Source: a virus
DNA length: 64,000 bases
Direction: 5' to 3' (one strand)
Virus record (IMG/VR): IMGVR_UViG_3300045973_000311
Both the position numbers and the translations under genes were made by a program. Numbering within the stretch: position 1 is the first letter of the stretch; every line of letters begins with the position of its first letter. This document shows, piece after piece, positions 33,906 through 45,004 of this stretch. The notes under the pieces were generated by a model. It was not told where the DNA came from, did no database searches, and saw only the letters and a list, made by a program, of their open reading frames with translations.

Positions 33906-36520
33906 CAATAACTCCACATAACGGCTGAATCAGTTGTCCACATTGGCGTGGTATCGACGGCATTCCACATATAGTCGGCAGCCAACGCATAATTGATGCT
34001 GGCCCATGACCCAAGCACCGATCCAATGGCAGCAACGCGGACGATGGTTTGCGAGCCGTACAGGGCGGTTCCGGAAATGCTGCAGGCCCGCGTTTCAGCA
34101 ACACGAGTCCAGCTCTTACCATCCGCCGATTGCTCGACGATGTAATATTCAGCGCCCGGCGCTGGCTGCCAGGTCAGCAGCATGGCGGTCGGGCTGCCAG
34201 GCATCGAACGGGCACTCAGGCCAACAACGATAGGCGCGGAAGGCGTTGCCGGCAGCTGAGAGCTATTGACGATCGGCGCGAAGATGCCGACGTCCGCTGT
34301 GTGAACATTGCCATCTTCGTTGATACAACTCAGCTCGACGGTGCGCTCATCTTTCGGTCGGACGGTTACCACTCTCGCCAATTGCCGCCACGTTTCTCCC
34401 CAGCCAAAAGCGATATGCGTGCGCTCTTCATTTTGGCCGGCATAGGGTGTGAAATCTGGCGCAATAGCTAGAACCAGCTTGTAAAGACTGGCGCCGGCCG
34501 TGACGACATAGGGACCAGACACAGAACCATCGCGGCGCCGAAGGCCTACGTAGTGCGTACCGGTTCCCCAGGACATCGGTTCGGACAGCGTTAATATTTT
34601 TGCACTGGTATCCCATGCCACCACTTCTGCGGTCTGCCCCCATTGCGGCAAATCGTGACTGATGGCAACGAGATCTCCGTAAGACGGAATAAATCCTTCC
34701 ATCTCTGTCTGAAATGTGACTACCGTTCGGCGGTAGCGGTTGGCTGCAGCCATATAAACGCCTTCCCGGTAAGCCTGATCCCGACCGATAACGCCAAACA
34801 ATTCCACTTTAGCCGGGCGCACTGATACAGAATCTGGCAACGAACAGAGCAGTGTCCGCGGCTTCCATGTTGACTGGTCGAAATAGGTCACTTGTACCGA
34901 GTCGGCAGTATCGTCAGTCGGCGTCATAAAATTGATCGAGAACGAGCCACGAACAATGTTTCGCATCGAATAAAGCGCAACAGGGAGTGATACAGCCTGG
35001 TCACGCATAAAATGCACGATGCCACCTTGCATGTATGGCTTGGCACGACCCGCCCTGGCGATCTTCGTCAACGAATCCCAGAAAGTAGAAGTCGAGTCAA
35101 AACGACCATCAAATTTGTCGCCTCGCGCTGCCCAGATCGAATCGAGATAAAGAAGAGAATCGAGATCAATTCTTGAATCTGGAAGACCAACTGTATGACA
35201 GGCATCAGCCAACGCCCATGCTGGCGAACGGGTGGCCACCGTTCCGGCCCATGCGGCCCCTGTCCACGTGTAGAGCTTACGCGTGCAGGTCACATTAACC
35301 TTGCGAGACGCTTGAGACGATAGATTGTTTGTCGCACGCATCCGCATGGCCAGCAGCGTGATATTTCCGAAATTCTCGCTGGAAATCAGGAATGTGCGCA
35401 GGCCAGCCCAGACCAGATCATTTCCAGTTCGTGACGAGGTATCTTTGACAGATGTACGAACGAGTTTTACTTGATAACGCCCTGTCGTCACCGGATACGC
35501 AAAGGTGTAACGCTGTGGCGTCGAGGTGGCACCTGAAACCGTTTCTGTTGCCAGCGTGACAAAACTGCCAATCGGCGCACCAAAATCATCAACGGCTTGC
35601 GCAATTACGGAAAAAGTTATGCTCACCGTTGATAGAGAGCCGTTGTCTTGCGCGTAGTAAAGACCACGTGGACAAACTAGATCTACCGCAATTCGATTAG
35701 TCAGCGTTCCGGCATTGTTGGCCACAAAAGGGCCGACGGCGGTGTTGTACAGCAACTCTTGCCCGGAAACCTCACCCGAGGTATCGACAGCGGTAGGAAA
35801 AAGCGTAACGGGTGTATTTGGCTGCACGACTTCAAAGGTGATCTCGGCAAAACTTGAGATATCCGAATCCTCAATTCGTATTTGCTCAATGTCATACTCA
35901 CCAACGCCAATACAAAGCAACTGGTAAAGGTATTGTTCGTTTCCCTCATAATCGACATAGGGCGCCGCGGCAAAATCCGGGAATACATTAAGGCGACCGT
36001 ACTGGATCGGAATGGCACCTCCCAGACGAGCCGTATTGCCTTGAGCAGTAACGTTATAGGTAGGTGACGAACTATTCGAATTGAGCGATCCAAGCGCATT
36101 CCCTGATGCACTTGGCGGCGGAAGCATTGCATTGACGAGCGCCGCTCCGACGATATTAATGCCAGCGGCAATCATGGCCGCAGCACTTCCATTTGCTGCA
36201 TATCCCAAACTTGTTGCAAGCCCCGGAGCGACATACCATGCAAATATAATGACGACAATCATCAAAACAATTCTCAAAACGTCGGATCCGCCACCATTCC
36301 CACCTTGTGGCAACAAAACAACTGCCATCAGGTCGCCGTTTGCGACTGGCTGATCCCAATCAGCGCGCAGGACGGCCTCGCCATTTCTCAGGATGATGAA
36401 GGGCTGTTGCGTTGCGGGGGCCAGTGCCGAAATAGGACCGGCGCAGTCGAGCGTTTTGATTTCCCGGCCGCGCATGGGATGGAAGGGATCGCGGACCGTC
36501 ACACACTGAGCCTTAAACAT
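33905..36520 (-). CDS. Tail tip / host-specificity protein (gpI-like N-terminus fused to a gpJ-like body), 871 aa
   Basis: NTARLGGAIPIQYG...EQYLYQLLCIGVG; FnIII-like C-terminus. Confidence 0.85.
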   Translation of the reverse strand: MFKAQCVTVRDPFHPMRGREIKTLDCAGPISALAPATQQPFIILRNGEAVLRADWDQPVANGDLMAVVLLPQGGNGGGSDVLRIVLMIVVIIFAWYVAPGLATSLGYAANGSAAAMIAAGINIVGAALVNAMLPPPSASGNALGSLNSNSSSPTYNVTAQGNTARLGGAIPIQYGRLNVFPDFAAAPYVDYEGNEQYLYQLLCIGVGEYDIEQIRIEDSDISSFAEITFEVVQPNTPVTLFPTAVDTSGEVSGQELLYNTAVGPFVANNAGTLTNRIAVDLVCPRGLYYAQDNGSLSTVSITFSVIAQAVDDFGAPIGSFVTLATETVSGATSTPQRYTFAYPVTTGRYQVKLVRTSVKDTSSRTGNDLVWAGLRTFLISSENFGNITLLAMRMRATNNLSSQASRKVNVTCTRKLYTWTGAAWAGTVATRSPAWALADACHTVGLPDSRIDLDSLLYLDSIWAARGDKFDGRFDSTSTFWDSLTKIARAGRAKPYMQGGIVHFMRDQAVSLPVALYSMRNIVRGSFSINFMTPTDDTADSVQVTYFDQSTWKPRTLLCSLPDSVSVRPAKVELFGVIGRDQAYREGVYMAAANRYRRTVVTFQTEMEGFIPSYGDLVAISHDLPQWGQTAEVVAWDTSAKILTLSEPMSWGTGTHYVGLRRRDGSVSGPYVVTAGASLYKLVLAIAPDFTPYAGQNEERTHIAFGWGETWRQLARVVTVRPKDERTVELSCINEDGNVHTADVGIFAPIVNSSQLPATPSAPIVVGLSARSMPGSPTAMLLTWQPAPGAEYYIVEQSADGKSWTRVAETRACSISGTALYGSQTIVRVAAIGSVLGSWASINYALAADYMWNAVDTTPMWTTDSAVMWSY

Positions 36521-36893
36521 GACGGTAATACTCCATATGTCCCCAACCGGAGGATTTCAAATTCTTGACCTTCTGGAACACGACACCATCGCCGCGCAGG
36601 CAGTGCAGGACGCCACCACCATCGACATCGACCCAGAGGCCGACATGCGATGGATGATGGGCATGGGCAAGCAGGACGGCATCGCCCTCGGCCGGCTTGT
36701 CGACTGGGCGCCAGTTGCCGCGTTCTGGATTCGTCGCCACGGCCCGGGCACAGGCCAGGCTATTGAATTCCGTCATGTCAAACGGCGGGATCATGCGGCC
36801 GAATTGCTCGAGCTGGACGCGCCGGAAGAAAGCCCAGCAGTCATGCGACCCGGCCACCCAGGGCGTCCCGATGTAGTGAAAGGCCCAGTGCAT
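36513..36893 (-). CDS. NlpC/P60 tail-associated peptidase (gpK-like)
   Basis: YIGTPW...DCW...HVGLW...VLH catalytic pattern. Confidence 0.85.
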   Translation of the reverse strand: MHWAFHYIGTPWVAGSHDCWAFFRRVQLEQFGRMIPPFDMTEFNSLACARAVATNPERGNWRPVDKPAEGDAVLLAHAHHPSHVGLWVDVDGGGVLHCLRGDGVVFQKVKNLKSSGWGHMEYYRHV

Positions 36894-37399
36894 CAGACCA
36901 CCAGCCCCGGAAAACGCTCAGCCGTGTATTCCTCGTTGGGGAATCGTTTATTGCCGAGGTCGCCGAAAGATGCTGTGGCCCGCACGCGGAACACATTGGC
37001 GTTGATATTGGACAGCACCATAGTCATCGGTGGATCATTCTGCGGACCGCTGAGGTCGCTCGACAGATATTCCCGATAGGTCATGGTGATCAGCGCCGTC
37101 GATTGCATGGCTAGCTGGACGTTGGCCAGGATGTCGCGCGATACGTTGTCGAATTCGACGGTGCATTGCGGCACACCGGCGGCCGATACCTCGGGTTTCA
37201 CGAGGTTGAAAGCAAAGCGGATGAAAGTGACCGGTGTTCCGTCTTCGAGGTTCGCATTGAGGTCGGTGAAATCGCGCACAACATAGATCGGCTGCGCAAA
37301 GGCCGGGTGATTGATTTCGAGCGTGTGATAGACGATCACATCGGCCGGAGCCACGGCGTAGGCTTCCTTGAGTGCTTGCGAAAGGGTGCTATCCGGCAT
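36893..37399 (-). CDS. Minor tail protein (DUF1833 / gpL-like)
   Basis: LKEAYA...YHTLEINHPAF...DNVSR...YREYLSSDLSGP. Confidence 0.75.
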   Translation of the reverse strand: MPDSTLSQALKEAYAVAPADVIVYHTLEINHPAFAQPIYVVRDFTDLNANLEDGTPVTFIRFAFNLVKPEVSAAGVPQCTVEFDNVSRDILANVQLAMQSTALITMTYREYLSSDLSGPQNDPPMTMVLSNINANVFRVRATASFGDLGNKRFPNEEYTAERFPGLVV

Positions 37400-37755
37400 C
37401 AGCGCACCTCCAGGGTTGCCGACATGCGCCAGGCGTTCCCTTCCTTTTGTGTCTTCCACATGGCCTGGAAGCGTGCATCGACGACCGATGTCGCACCGCC
37501 CAGGTTAAGGCTGATCGTGAACCACGATGCGCCGCCGGAAATTCCCGTCGCTTCGTCGTCGAACCAGGCGCGAAACGCAGCCATCTGGGCCTCGGTGAAT
37601 ATCCACGACAGGTCGAGACGGTCATTGCGGGCACGGGTGCGGCTGCGCGTTCGGGCGGCGCCGACTTCCATGTCGGTGCGCACGTTCGGATCGACCGGGT
37701 TCAGTGCATAGCCGTTCTTGAGCGGCGCAGGAAGCGAAGAAGGCCAGGTCGGCAT
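37399..37755 (-). CDS. Minor tail / distal tail protein (gpM-like)
   Basis: WPSSLPAP...VRTDMEVGAAR.R; directly after the tape measure gene. Confidence 0.75.
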   Translation of the reverse strand: MPTWPSSLPAPLKNGYALNPVDPNVRTDMEVGAARTRSRTRARNDRLDLSWIFTEAQMAAFRAWFDDEATGISGGASWFTISLNLGGATSVVDARFQAMWKTQKEGNAWRMSATLEVR

Positions 37756-39857
37756 CAGTAGGCCCCTGCATTGCGGTTGAGACCATAGGCGCCGGTCATG
37801 GCGGCGGGAACAGCCCCGCTACCGTTGGCGATATCGGCGGCGATGGCGTTTTTAGCCTGCTCAATGAAAACGTCGATGATCTTGTTTCCCTTGCCGTCCG
37901 ACCGCTGCTGGGTCTTGGTATCGCCGCCCGAGTTGTTGATCACGTTGACTGTGACCTCACCGCCGCCGGACAGTGCATTGTTGGGGATGATGGTCCCGCT
38001 GCTGTTGCCCATGCGCAGAAGTTCGGGGCCTTGTTCGCCGACCAGGTAGGTCTGCCCGGCGCCGACGCTGCCGCCGCTGGCGCGGCCGCCGGAAATGTTG
38101 AGACTCTGACTGCTGCCGAGCCACGATCCGCCGCCGGCCGTCGATGACGGGCCGTAACTGCTCGACGCCGTCGATCCAAAATAGGCGCCGAGTATTTGCG
38201 TCACATAACTCATGATTCCGGAAACGGCGGCCTTCGCCTGCATGCGGATGATGTCGGCGATGATCGAGTTGGCCAAATTAGTGAAACTCATCTTGCCGGT
38301 CATGGCCAGATTGACGAGGGCATCTTCCATCGCGCCCGTGGTCTTCTGGAAGATATCGGCGGCTGAGCTGGCGGCATTGGTGGCGCCGTCGGCATAGGCC
38401 TGGAAAGCCTTGGTCCAGCCAAACTGGAATGAACGCTGTTCGTCAAAGGCGCGGGCAGTGGCGTCGGATACTTTCGATTTCTGCGTGGCGAGTTCTTCTT
38501 CGGCCTTGCCCAGGGCGAGTTTCTGGGCCGTTTCGTCCTGAACGTCGTGGATGATCCGGGCGCGGATCGCGGCGCCCTCGTCTTCCGTCCGGTAAAGCGC
38601 CTGAGCAATGGTACGCTGGCGATCGGTCATCAGGGCCAGTTCGCTTTCGCGCTGGATGCGCTCAAGGGTCTGTGCGTTGGATCGGGCATAGTCGCCTACG
38701 ATCGTGTCGGCGGTCTTGTTGGCCTTTTCAGCATCGTTGGCCTTGTTGCGGGCCAGATAGACCTGGAAGAAGGATTCGGCAACAGCCTTCTGTGCAGACG
38801 TCAGCACTGTCGCGCCAGATGCAAGATCGGCCTGATATTTGGCGTAATCCTTTTCAGCTGACGACAGTTTTTCAACGCTCATCAGATCGGCCGTCTGGAC
38901 AGCTATTTTTTCGTTCAGCGAGGTGATCAGCTGGCTGTAATCGTTGGTGTGAGGATCCGGGGATTTATCGTCCTTGATAGGGACCTTGCCTGTATCGCCA
39001 GCCTTACGCATCTTTTCCATAGCATCGGATATCGCCGTTTGCGCGGCTGCCGCATCCGATGATCCCTTCGCAGCGGAAACGAGCGTCGCTGCCAGTTCGC
39101 GCCCCTTGGCGCTACCTTTTGAAAGCGCTAAGGCATACTTATCGGCGAGTAGCGTTGATTCCAGCACACCGGAGCGGGAATCGGCCATCAAGTCTTTTGC
39201 CACACTCAGCTCGACGCCGAGATCTTTGGCCATCACTACAGCGCGATCACCGCCAATGATCTTGTCTAGCGTACCGAAGCTGGACATATCTTTGAGCTGC
39301 TTTGACAGCGAAGACTCAGCGAGGCTGGTTGTAACTTCAGCCAAAGCTTTGCGGTATTCCAGGAGCGACACAATATTGCTCCGGGCAGCTTTGCCGGATT
39401 CGTTGAACTGTTCGAATACCGGCTTCATGTCGAATTTCTTGGCAGCTGAAGTCACATCTGCAAGTGCCGTCGATGCATCCTTCATGGCATCCGCCAGAGG
39501 CTTTACCTGATCGGCGGACTTGAAGAAACTAATAATCTGGGGAGAGAACGTAGCGACGATGCCGGCAACAGCCCCAAATGCGCCAAAGGCCGCGAGCAAT
39601 TGCGGCAATTGCTGGCCCAAGGCTCGAGCGGCATCCGTTCCGCCATTGACCTGCACAAAGAAATCGGAGATCTGGTAGGAGGCATTCTGTATGGCATATT
39701 TCGTTTGTCCGGATAGACCGGAAAATGCCCCGCTTGTAGCCTGCTGCATCTTCTGGGTACCAATCGAGAAATCGTCAATTGATCGATTGACCGAATCAAA
39801 AGCGGCCTTGGTTTCATCCTTGGCGCTGATGACAATGCCGATTTTCGAGTCGTTCAT
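37755..39857 (-). CDS. Tape measure protein (repeat copy)
   Basis: Same translation as 277..2379. Confidence 0.92.
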   Translation of the reverse strand: MNDSKIGIVISAKDETKAAFDSVNRSIDDFSIGTQKMQQATSGAFSGLSGQTKYAIQNASYQISDFFVQVNGGTDAARALGQQLPQLLAAFGAFGAVAGIVATFSPQIISFFKSADQVKPLADAMKDASTALADVTSAAKKFDMKPVFEQFNESGKAARSNIVSLLEYRKALAEVTTSLAESSLSKQLKDMSSFGTLDKIIGGDRAVVMAKDLGVELSVAKDLMADSRSGVLESTLLADKYALALSKGSAKGRELAATLVSAAKGSSDAAAAQTAISDAMEKMRKAGDTGKVPIKDDKSPDPHTNDYSQLITSLNEKIAVQTADLMSVEKLSSAEKDYAKYQADLASGATVLTSAQKAVAESFFQVYLARNKANDAEKANKTADTIVGDYARSNAQTLERIQRESELALMTDRQRTIAQALYRTEDEGAAIRARIIHDVQDETAQKLALGKAEEELATQKSKVSDATARAFDEQRSFQFGWTKAFQAYADGATNAASSAADIFQKTTGAMEDALVNLAMTGKMSFTNLANSIIADIIRMQAKAAVSGIMSYVTQILGAYFGSTASSSYGPSSTAGGGSWLGSSQSLNISGGRASGGSVGAGQTYLVGEQGPELLRMGNSSGTIIPNNALSGGGEVTVNVINNSGGDTKTQQRSDGKGNKIIDVFIEQAKNAIAADIANGSGAVPAAMTGAYGLNRNAGAY

Positions 39858-40050
39858 TTATGGTCCCTGATCATTTGCAGGTCGTGCAGCAGTTCGTCAA
39901 TGTCCGTGATGCCAAAATGCTCGATTGCCCATTCCAGACCGGACCAATCGAAACCGCCGAGAAAATTCCATACCTGGATAGCTATCCGAAATTCAGTCGG
40001 GGCCGGCGGTGGTGGTGGCGCTGGTCGCCGACTGACAGCCAGCCAGGCCG

Positions 40051-40398
40051 CTAGACGTTTCCCCTTTCTTCCTGCGCTTTCTCGTAGGCCGTATGGGCAT
40101 CCATCACACCCTGAACGACTGTCGTCCAGAAAGATGGATGGTCCTTAATCCATGTGTTGAATACTTCAGCGTCGAAAACTACGGGTTCCGGAAGTCCGCC
40201 AGGGATCAAGTCGACCTCTTTGAAATTCCAGTCGACGACGAATTGCGATGCCCATTCGAGATCCATGCGTACCGAATTGGCATGGGCCGAGGCGACATCC
40301 CAGGGCGACGGACGGCGGATAGTCAGCTTCCTGTCGTCTCCGACAGGTAGCTGACTGCGGCGGGCTGCTTCGAACTTGGCGCGTAGGGCGGCGTTCAT
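40051..40398 (-). CDS. Tail assembly chaperone (repeat copy)
   Basis: Same translation as 2573..2920. Confidence 0.8.
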   Translation of the reverse strand: MNAALRAKFEAARRSQLPVGDDRKLTIRRPSPWDVASAHANSVRMDLEWASQFVVDWNFKEVDLIPGGLPEPVVFDAEVFNTWIKDHPSFWTTVVQGVMDAHTAYEKAQEERGNV

Positions 40399-41055
40399 TT
40401 ATGCCGCACCGATCGTCAGGCCACCGGTCATCGTAATCTTAGCCGGAGATGTCGTTACGCCCTGCTTGCCGCCGCCCGGCGCGCCGGTATAGCCCACAGT
40501 GCCATACCAGGCAGCCCAGGCGCCATCCGGCCAAACGACGCGGAAAGACTTGTTGGCGCGGGTTTGGAAGGCGGCGATCATGGCTTGCTGGGCTGCCGAG
40601 CTGGGGTCCCATTGCATGGTCATGTCCGCCGACTGGGCTGAGGCGCCGGTGACGGCCTGGGTGTCGACGGTATCGTTCACCGTCGTAGTATCGACGACCT
40701 TGATGTCACCACCGGCAAAGCTGAATTCCTGAACGCCCGTGATTGTCGTGCCGAAAGTGATCTTCTGGGCCGTACCCGACGTGAAGGTAGAATAGAGCGT
40801 GGTATCCAGACCGGTAGCACCATCAATGCCGGCCAGCTGGAAATTGTCGGTCGAGACGTTGACGACCTTGAACAGGCGGCCATTTAGCTCGACCATGCCG
40901 AGCGCCAAGATATAGACGAAATCGCCATTGGCGAAACCATGCGCGGTAGAGGAAACGACGCCCGGCGCGGCCTTGGTGATGGCGGTGATGTTTTTCGCTG
41001 TTGCGATGGCCGACTCCATATAGAGTTTCAGGCCGGCATTGATATGGATGGTCAT
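40399..41055 (-). CDS. Major tail tube protein (repeat copy)
   Basis: Same translation as 2921..3577. Confidence 0.8.
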   Translation of the reverse strand: MTIHINAGLKLYMESAIATAKNITAITKAAPGVVSSTAHGFANGDFVYILALGMVELNGRLFKVVNVSTDNFQLAGIDGATGLDTTLYSTFTSGTAQKITFGTTITGVQEFSFAGGDIKVVDTTTVNDTVDTQAVTGASAQSADMTMQWDPSSAAQQAMIAAFQTRANKSFRVVWPDGAWAAWYGTVGYTGAPGGGKQGVTTSPAKITMTGGLTIGAA

Positions 41056-41064
41056 TGAGTGCTC

Positions 41065-41472
41065 CTAGGATTGGCTGATATCGACATGGGAAACCCAGGC
41101 GATGAGTTGGTAATGCGCGGTGAGGCGAAAATAACTTCTGTCGGCACCGTCACCGTCGCTTTCGGTACCAAGGCAATTCAGTGTCTGGGCGAGCGGCGCG
41201 GACGCGTTCAGGACCCGATGCGCTTCGACATGCAGGACGTCGGTGTTTAGCTCGGTAAGAGCGAATATTTCCAGCGTGAAATCGAGACTGATTTGGTCTG
41301 ATTCCATCGTCAGCGCGTTTTGCTGGGTAGCTACCCGACGCAAGTTGATACCGGGTAGATCTGTTTCGCTCAATGCGTCTTCCCTACTCCGCCAGACGTT
41401 TGATCCGGCTGAGGTTGTGGCCAGTACAGTGAGCACGATGGCGAGGAGTTGTTCGGGGATCGAGTTGGCCAT
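41065..41472 (-). CDS. Tail terminator (repeat copy)
   Basis: Same translation as 3587..3994. Confidence 0.6.
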   Translation of the reverse strand: MANSIPEQLLAIVLTVLATTSAGSNVWRSREDALSETDLPGINLRRVATQQNALTMESDQISLDFTLEIFALTELNTDVLHVEAHRVLNASAPLAQTLNCLGTESDGDGADRSYFRLTAHYQLIAWVSHVDISQS

Positions 41473-41789
41473 CAGGGCACCCGGGGCCGGGCCAGCGCCA
41501 CATGTTTTTCGTCGCCCACCGCATTGACGGGCTTTGGATCGGTACGAACGACGTACAGAGTTCCGGAGGCGACTGGGAATTCAACCTGGTCATTTCGCTT
41601 GATATCCGGGAAATTTTCTGTCGGAAAACGCATGCCCAGATTGACCGCCTGAACATCGGCACCAAGGACCAGCTCGCCCGGCTGCTCGAAGATAGCCGGT
41701 GCGGTCACCGCACTTCCCGTTTCGGGATGATGGGTGACCAAATCGCCGATCAGGGCATAAACATCAGAGACGGTCGAGGGCATGGACAT
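41472..41789 (-). CDS. Head closure protein (repeat copy)
   Basis: Same translation as 3994..4311. Confidence 0.6.
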   Translation of the reverse strand: MSMPSTVSDVYALIGDLVTHHPETGSAVTAPAIFEQPGELVLGADVQAVNLGMRFPTENFPDIKRNDQVEFPVASGTLYVVRTDPKPVNAVGDEKHVALARPRVP

Positions 41790-41911
41790 GCCCAAATGGT
41801 AAAGATTTGGCTGTCCGGTTTCTTCCCATAAAACCGGACTTTATGGAGAGGACATGGAAAAACCGCCCGAAGGCGGTTTGATTGAATGTTCGTGAAGAGG
41901 GGATTAGAAAA

Positions 41912-44548
41912 TCAGTATTGTTTAGGTTTAACTGCATACGCAGTGCCAGTTCCGGTTCCTGCTCCAGTTGCTTTGAAATACGTGCCTGCGGTTGTCGTAG
42001 GAGCGCCGTAGCTGGTCCATACAGTATCCCCCGGAGTGGCGATGATGTACCAAGTTCCAGCTACGAGCGCGGTGGCTGCTGTAGTTGCTACGTCGGCTAC
42101 TGGTGTCGGGTCGCCCATCAAGCGCCAGCTATTTGCTGCCGTTCCTTGGCAGACAACCAAGCCAGCAGCGCCGAGCGTCCCAAGTACAGCATTGTTGTTG
42201 TACACAATCGCACCATCTGAGCGACCACCAAGCAATGAAAGATCGACTGAGAAATCTGCACAATTACCGTGGAAACTCCACGTCGGGGTTGTTCCATAAA
42301 CAATATTTTTCACTGTCGATGCCGGGGGATAATTCTGGTTTTTACAGCTTGATTCCCAAACATTTATCGTATTGCCAGAACCGTTGTTAACAATATATTC
42401 ATTCGAGCACTCAACGTTTGACATGAATATATTGAAAACCTTGCTGTTGCCGTTAAGCGATACACCGCCTTGCACCTGATTGTTTCCTAAAACATTAGAT
42501 AACTTAACGTCTATGTTTTTTGTTCCTGACAAATACACAATAGCCTGCCCATTATTTGTCCCATCTCCAGCGACGATAGAGTTAGAGATCATGACCCGGC
42601 CAAGCCCAGCCTGAGTAGATGCAATATTTACCAAAGAAGAGTTATTGGAATACAGGCTGCAATTATCAATTTGAACTGAGTCAAATTGGCAGTTGCTGTT
42701 AGCCAAGAATATATTCGCGCCTCGCGTGTTTCCAGTACCGCGTGCGGTGACGTTTGAAATCTTTGACCGCAGCAAGGTGTGAACGCCTGAGCCACCACCG
42801 AAATTAACTAGGGCAACTGTGCCTGTTGCATTGGTCAAATCGCAATCAACATCAACACCGTCAATCAGCAAACCATCGATTGTGCAGCTCGCATTCGAGC
42901 CTCCGAGAACCGCGCCAGTCAGCCCAGTAGGATTGCCATCAACCTCGCCGCCGTGACACGCTACATTGAAGATTTTTAGGTCTTTAATGCTCACCGTGCT
43001 GACAACCTGCCCGATAGAAATCATTGCCTGATTTAAACCAGAATTACCATGCAGACCATCAATCGTAATATCCTCAAGAGAGCCAGTTTCTGCGGACGCA
43101 GCGTCAAGCAGCACGGTGAATCCAGAAAGATTTGACGCTTTGTGCTGATCGATAATCTTAGCCCGTTTGATTGGAGCACCAGCACCAGCGGCAAGAAGCA
43201 GAGTCCGAGAACCACCAGATCGCCAAGCCGAAGGCATGAACGTCAAATCCTCACAAGCGCCGTCGCTATTCTTTGTGCCGTCTGCGTCGAGGAAGTCATA
43301 TGCAGTGTAGCCAGTGTTATTCGCGGTTATTGCGATGATGTCGTCACCGGCAGAACCGAAGAAGCCGCCAACACGAATGCGATTCAATGGGCCGCAACCA
43401 TGCACACCGTCAGAAGGATTAAGCATCGACCCCGGCATGATCTCAGTATCCCATGCGTTGCAATAGGTGATTGCGTACTTCGATGCCCCAGCGAATGTGC
43501 CGTAAATCTTGGCGTTTCCTACCTTGTTGAAAATCGAGCAGAAGCGTTGGAAATTTGACGAATTGGAGTTGTCATTCTGGTCAAATACACCACCGCCACG
43601 AATTGTGAAATCAGCGTCAGCGGCGTAGGTGATGATCGTTCCTGCGCCGGCCGGAGGGGCAGAGCCGAAGCCCACCATGCGGAAGGTATAAGACACGCCA
43701 GCGGTTACGCCAGTAATGCGATGCACCCCGTTGTAATAGCCGCTTGTGTCGCCCTTGAGCAGCACCGCGTCTCCGACAGCGCGGGTGTGACCGGCTTCGG
43801 CAACGGTAACGACTGTGATGTGGTTTGCCGTGGCCGAGGTGACGGAGGTAGGAGAGCCTTTGTTGCTACGCCAATTTTTATTGACGATAATCGGGTACAC
43901 AGTACCGAGAGCGGGGCCGAGAATGCGAACGCCCGGCGCGACGTAAAAGTCCGTGTCGTTGGTGATGCGAAGCACGCTGATGTCGGTCAAGTCGCTGACG
44001 ACGTGATACGTACCAGGCGTGGTGATCTGCACCAGCCCCTTACCGGCCAGTGCTGCATTAATCAGCGTGGTGTTTGCTGCCGCCGCACCTACGTCACCCG
44101 CGACGAGTCCTGAAATCTCACCAGACCCACCGCCACCGAACGGCACTGTACCACCCGTATTCGGGTCAATAATTTCAATCACCCCGGTGAGAGTATTCTT
44201 AGTTACCGATACGCCACCACCAGATGCCGTATTAATCAGGACGGAAACCATTTTCGCAGATGACGAAGCTGCCTGGGCAATGCCAATTGCGCAGCTCCCG
44301 GAATTAGCTGATACCCGTTTATTGACCGTATCCCAAAGGATCGCCGTACCATCTTCAATCGATTCTCCGACGATTTTTGGCAGTTCCCAGACGCCTTCCG
44401 TACCAAATGCGCCAGGCTTATTGGCAACAACATCGTGCAGCGCAATGCCGAATAGACTGGAGCCGAAGAGATAGCCATCGCCAGAAGCGACGGCGATCGG
44501 CGGCGTCAGGGTCATCGAGGCGCCGCGCTGAACGAAGTTTTGTGCCAT
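41912..44548 (-). CDS. DUF2190-like/beta-helix fusion (repeat copy)
   Basis: Same translation as 4434..7070. Confidence 0.7.
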   Translation of the reverse strand: MAQNFVQRGASMTLTPPIAVASGDGYLFGSSLFGIALHDVVANKPGAFGTEGVWELPKIVGESIEDGTAILWDTVNKRVSANSGSCAIGIAQAASSSAKMVSVLINTASGGGVSVTKNTLTGVIEIIDPNTGGTVPFGGGGSGEISGLVAGDVGAAAANTTLINAALAGKGLVQITTPGTYHVVSDLTDISVLRITNDTDFYVAPGVRILGPALGTVYPIIVNKNWRSNKGSPTSVTSATANHITVVTVAEAGHTRAVGDAVLLKGDTSGYYNGVHRITGVTAGVSYTFRMVGFGSAPPAGAGTIITYAADADFTIRGGGVFDQNDNSNSSNFQRFCSIFNKVGNAKIYGTFAGASKYAITYCNAWDTEIMPGSMLNPSDGVHGCGPLNRIRVGGFFGSAGDDIIAITANNTGYTAYDFLDADGTKNSDGACEDLTFMPSAWRSGGSRTLLLAAGAGAPIKRAKIIDQHKASNLSGFTVLLDAASAETGSLEDITIDGLHGNSGLNQAMISIGQVVSTVSIKDLKIFNVACHGGEVDGNPTGLTGAVLGGSNASCTIDGLLIDGVDVDCDLTNATGTVALVNFGGGSGVHTLLRSKISNVTARGTGNTRGANIFLANSNCQFDSVQIDNCSLYSNNSSLVNIASTQAGLGRVMISNSIVAGDGTNNGQAIVYLSGTKNIDVKLSNVLGNNQVQGGVSLNGNSKVFNIFMSNVECSNEYIVNNGSGNTINVWESSCKNQNYPPASTVKNIVYGTTPTWSFHGNCADFSVDLSLLGGRSDGAIVYNNNAVLGTLGAAGLVVCQGTAANSWRLMGDPTPVADVATTAATALVAGTWYIIATPGDTVWTSYGAPTTTAGTYFKATGAGTGTGTAYAVKPKQY

Positions 44549-44656
44549 GGTATTTCCTTGTATTCCGCGCTGGCCCCCGGATCATATACAGTGTCCGGGG
44601 GGCTTGAGCATGCTGCGGGCGGGGGTTATGAGTTCGTTTTGATGACTCTAGCCGGA

Positions 44657-45004
44657 TTAGCTACCCGACGGCGGTGGCGGCTCGAGGAGGACCTGCACGG
44701 TAGCCGATGGATTGGCGGCTGCCGTGACGGCAATGCCGATGCATTGCTGGCCTGCGGCAGTCTTGTTGACGACCTTGTTGGTCGGGTCCCAGAAAACGCG
44801 ATCGCCGACGGCGATGGCCAGAGCGCTGGTCTTGGGGATTTCCCAGACGCCTTCAGTGGCAAAGGCACCGGGCTTGCCGTTGGATACGTCGTTGATGGCG
44901 ATGCCAAAGAGGCTGACACCGAAGAGGTAACCGAAACCGGCGGGAACGTCGGCAGCGGGGGTCAGGGTGAGGACGTCGCCTTCCTGAATATAATTGAATG
45001 CCAT
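44657..45004 (-). CDS. DUF2190-family protein (repeat copy)
   Basis: Same translation as 7179..7526. Confidence 0.8.
   Translation of the reverse strand: MAFNYIQEGDVLTLTPAADVPAGFGYLFGVSLFGIAINDVSNGKPGAFATEGVWEIPKTSALAIAVGDRVFWDPTNKVVNKTAAGQQCIGIAVTAAANPSATVQVLLEPPPPSGS

Larger units (their letters stand above)
1..37478. mobile_element. One complete unit of a temperate lambda-like siphovirus genome (circularly permuted)
   Basis: Integrase/attP, repressor switch, primase, terminase, portal, capsid, tail and lysis modules all lie within one repeat period. Confidence 0.95.

Noticed and set aside
33213-36520. Tail fibre or tail tip as a DGR target
   Set aside because: No match to the TR or its GC tract was seen in these genes or in the 878-aa spike gene (checked by eye only).
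33905-36520. gpI-gpJ fusion as a novelty
   Set aside because: Such fused tail-tip proteins are, to my knowledge, common in proteobacterial siphoviruses.
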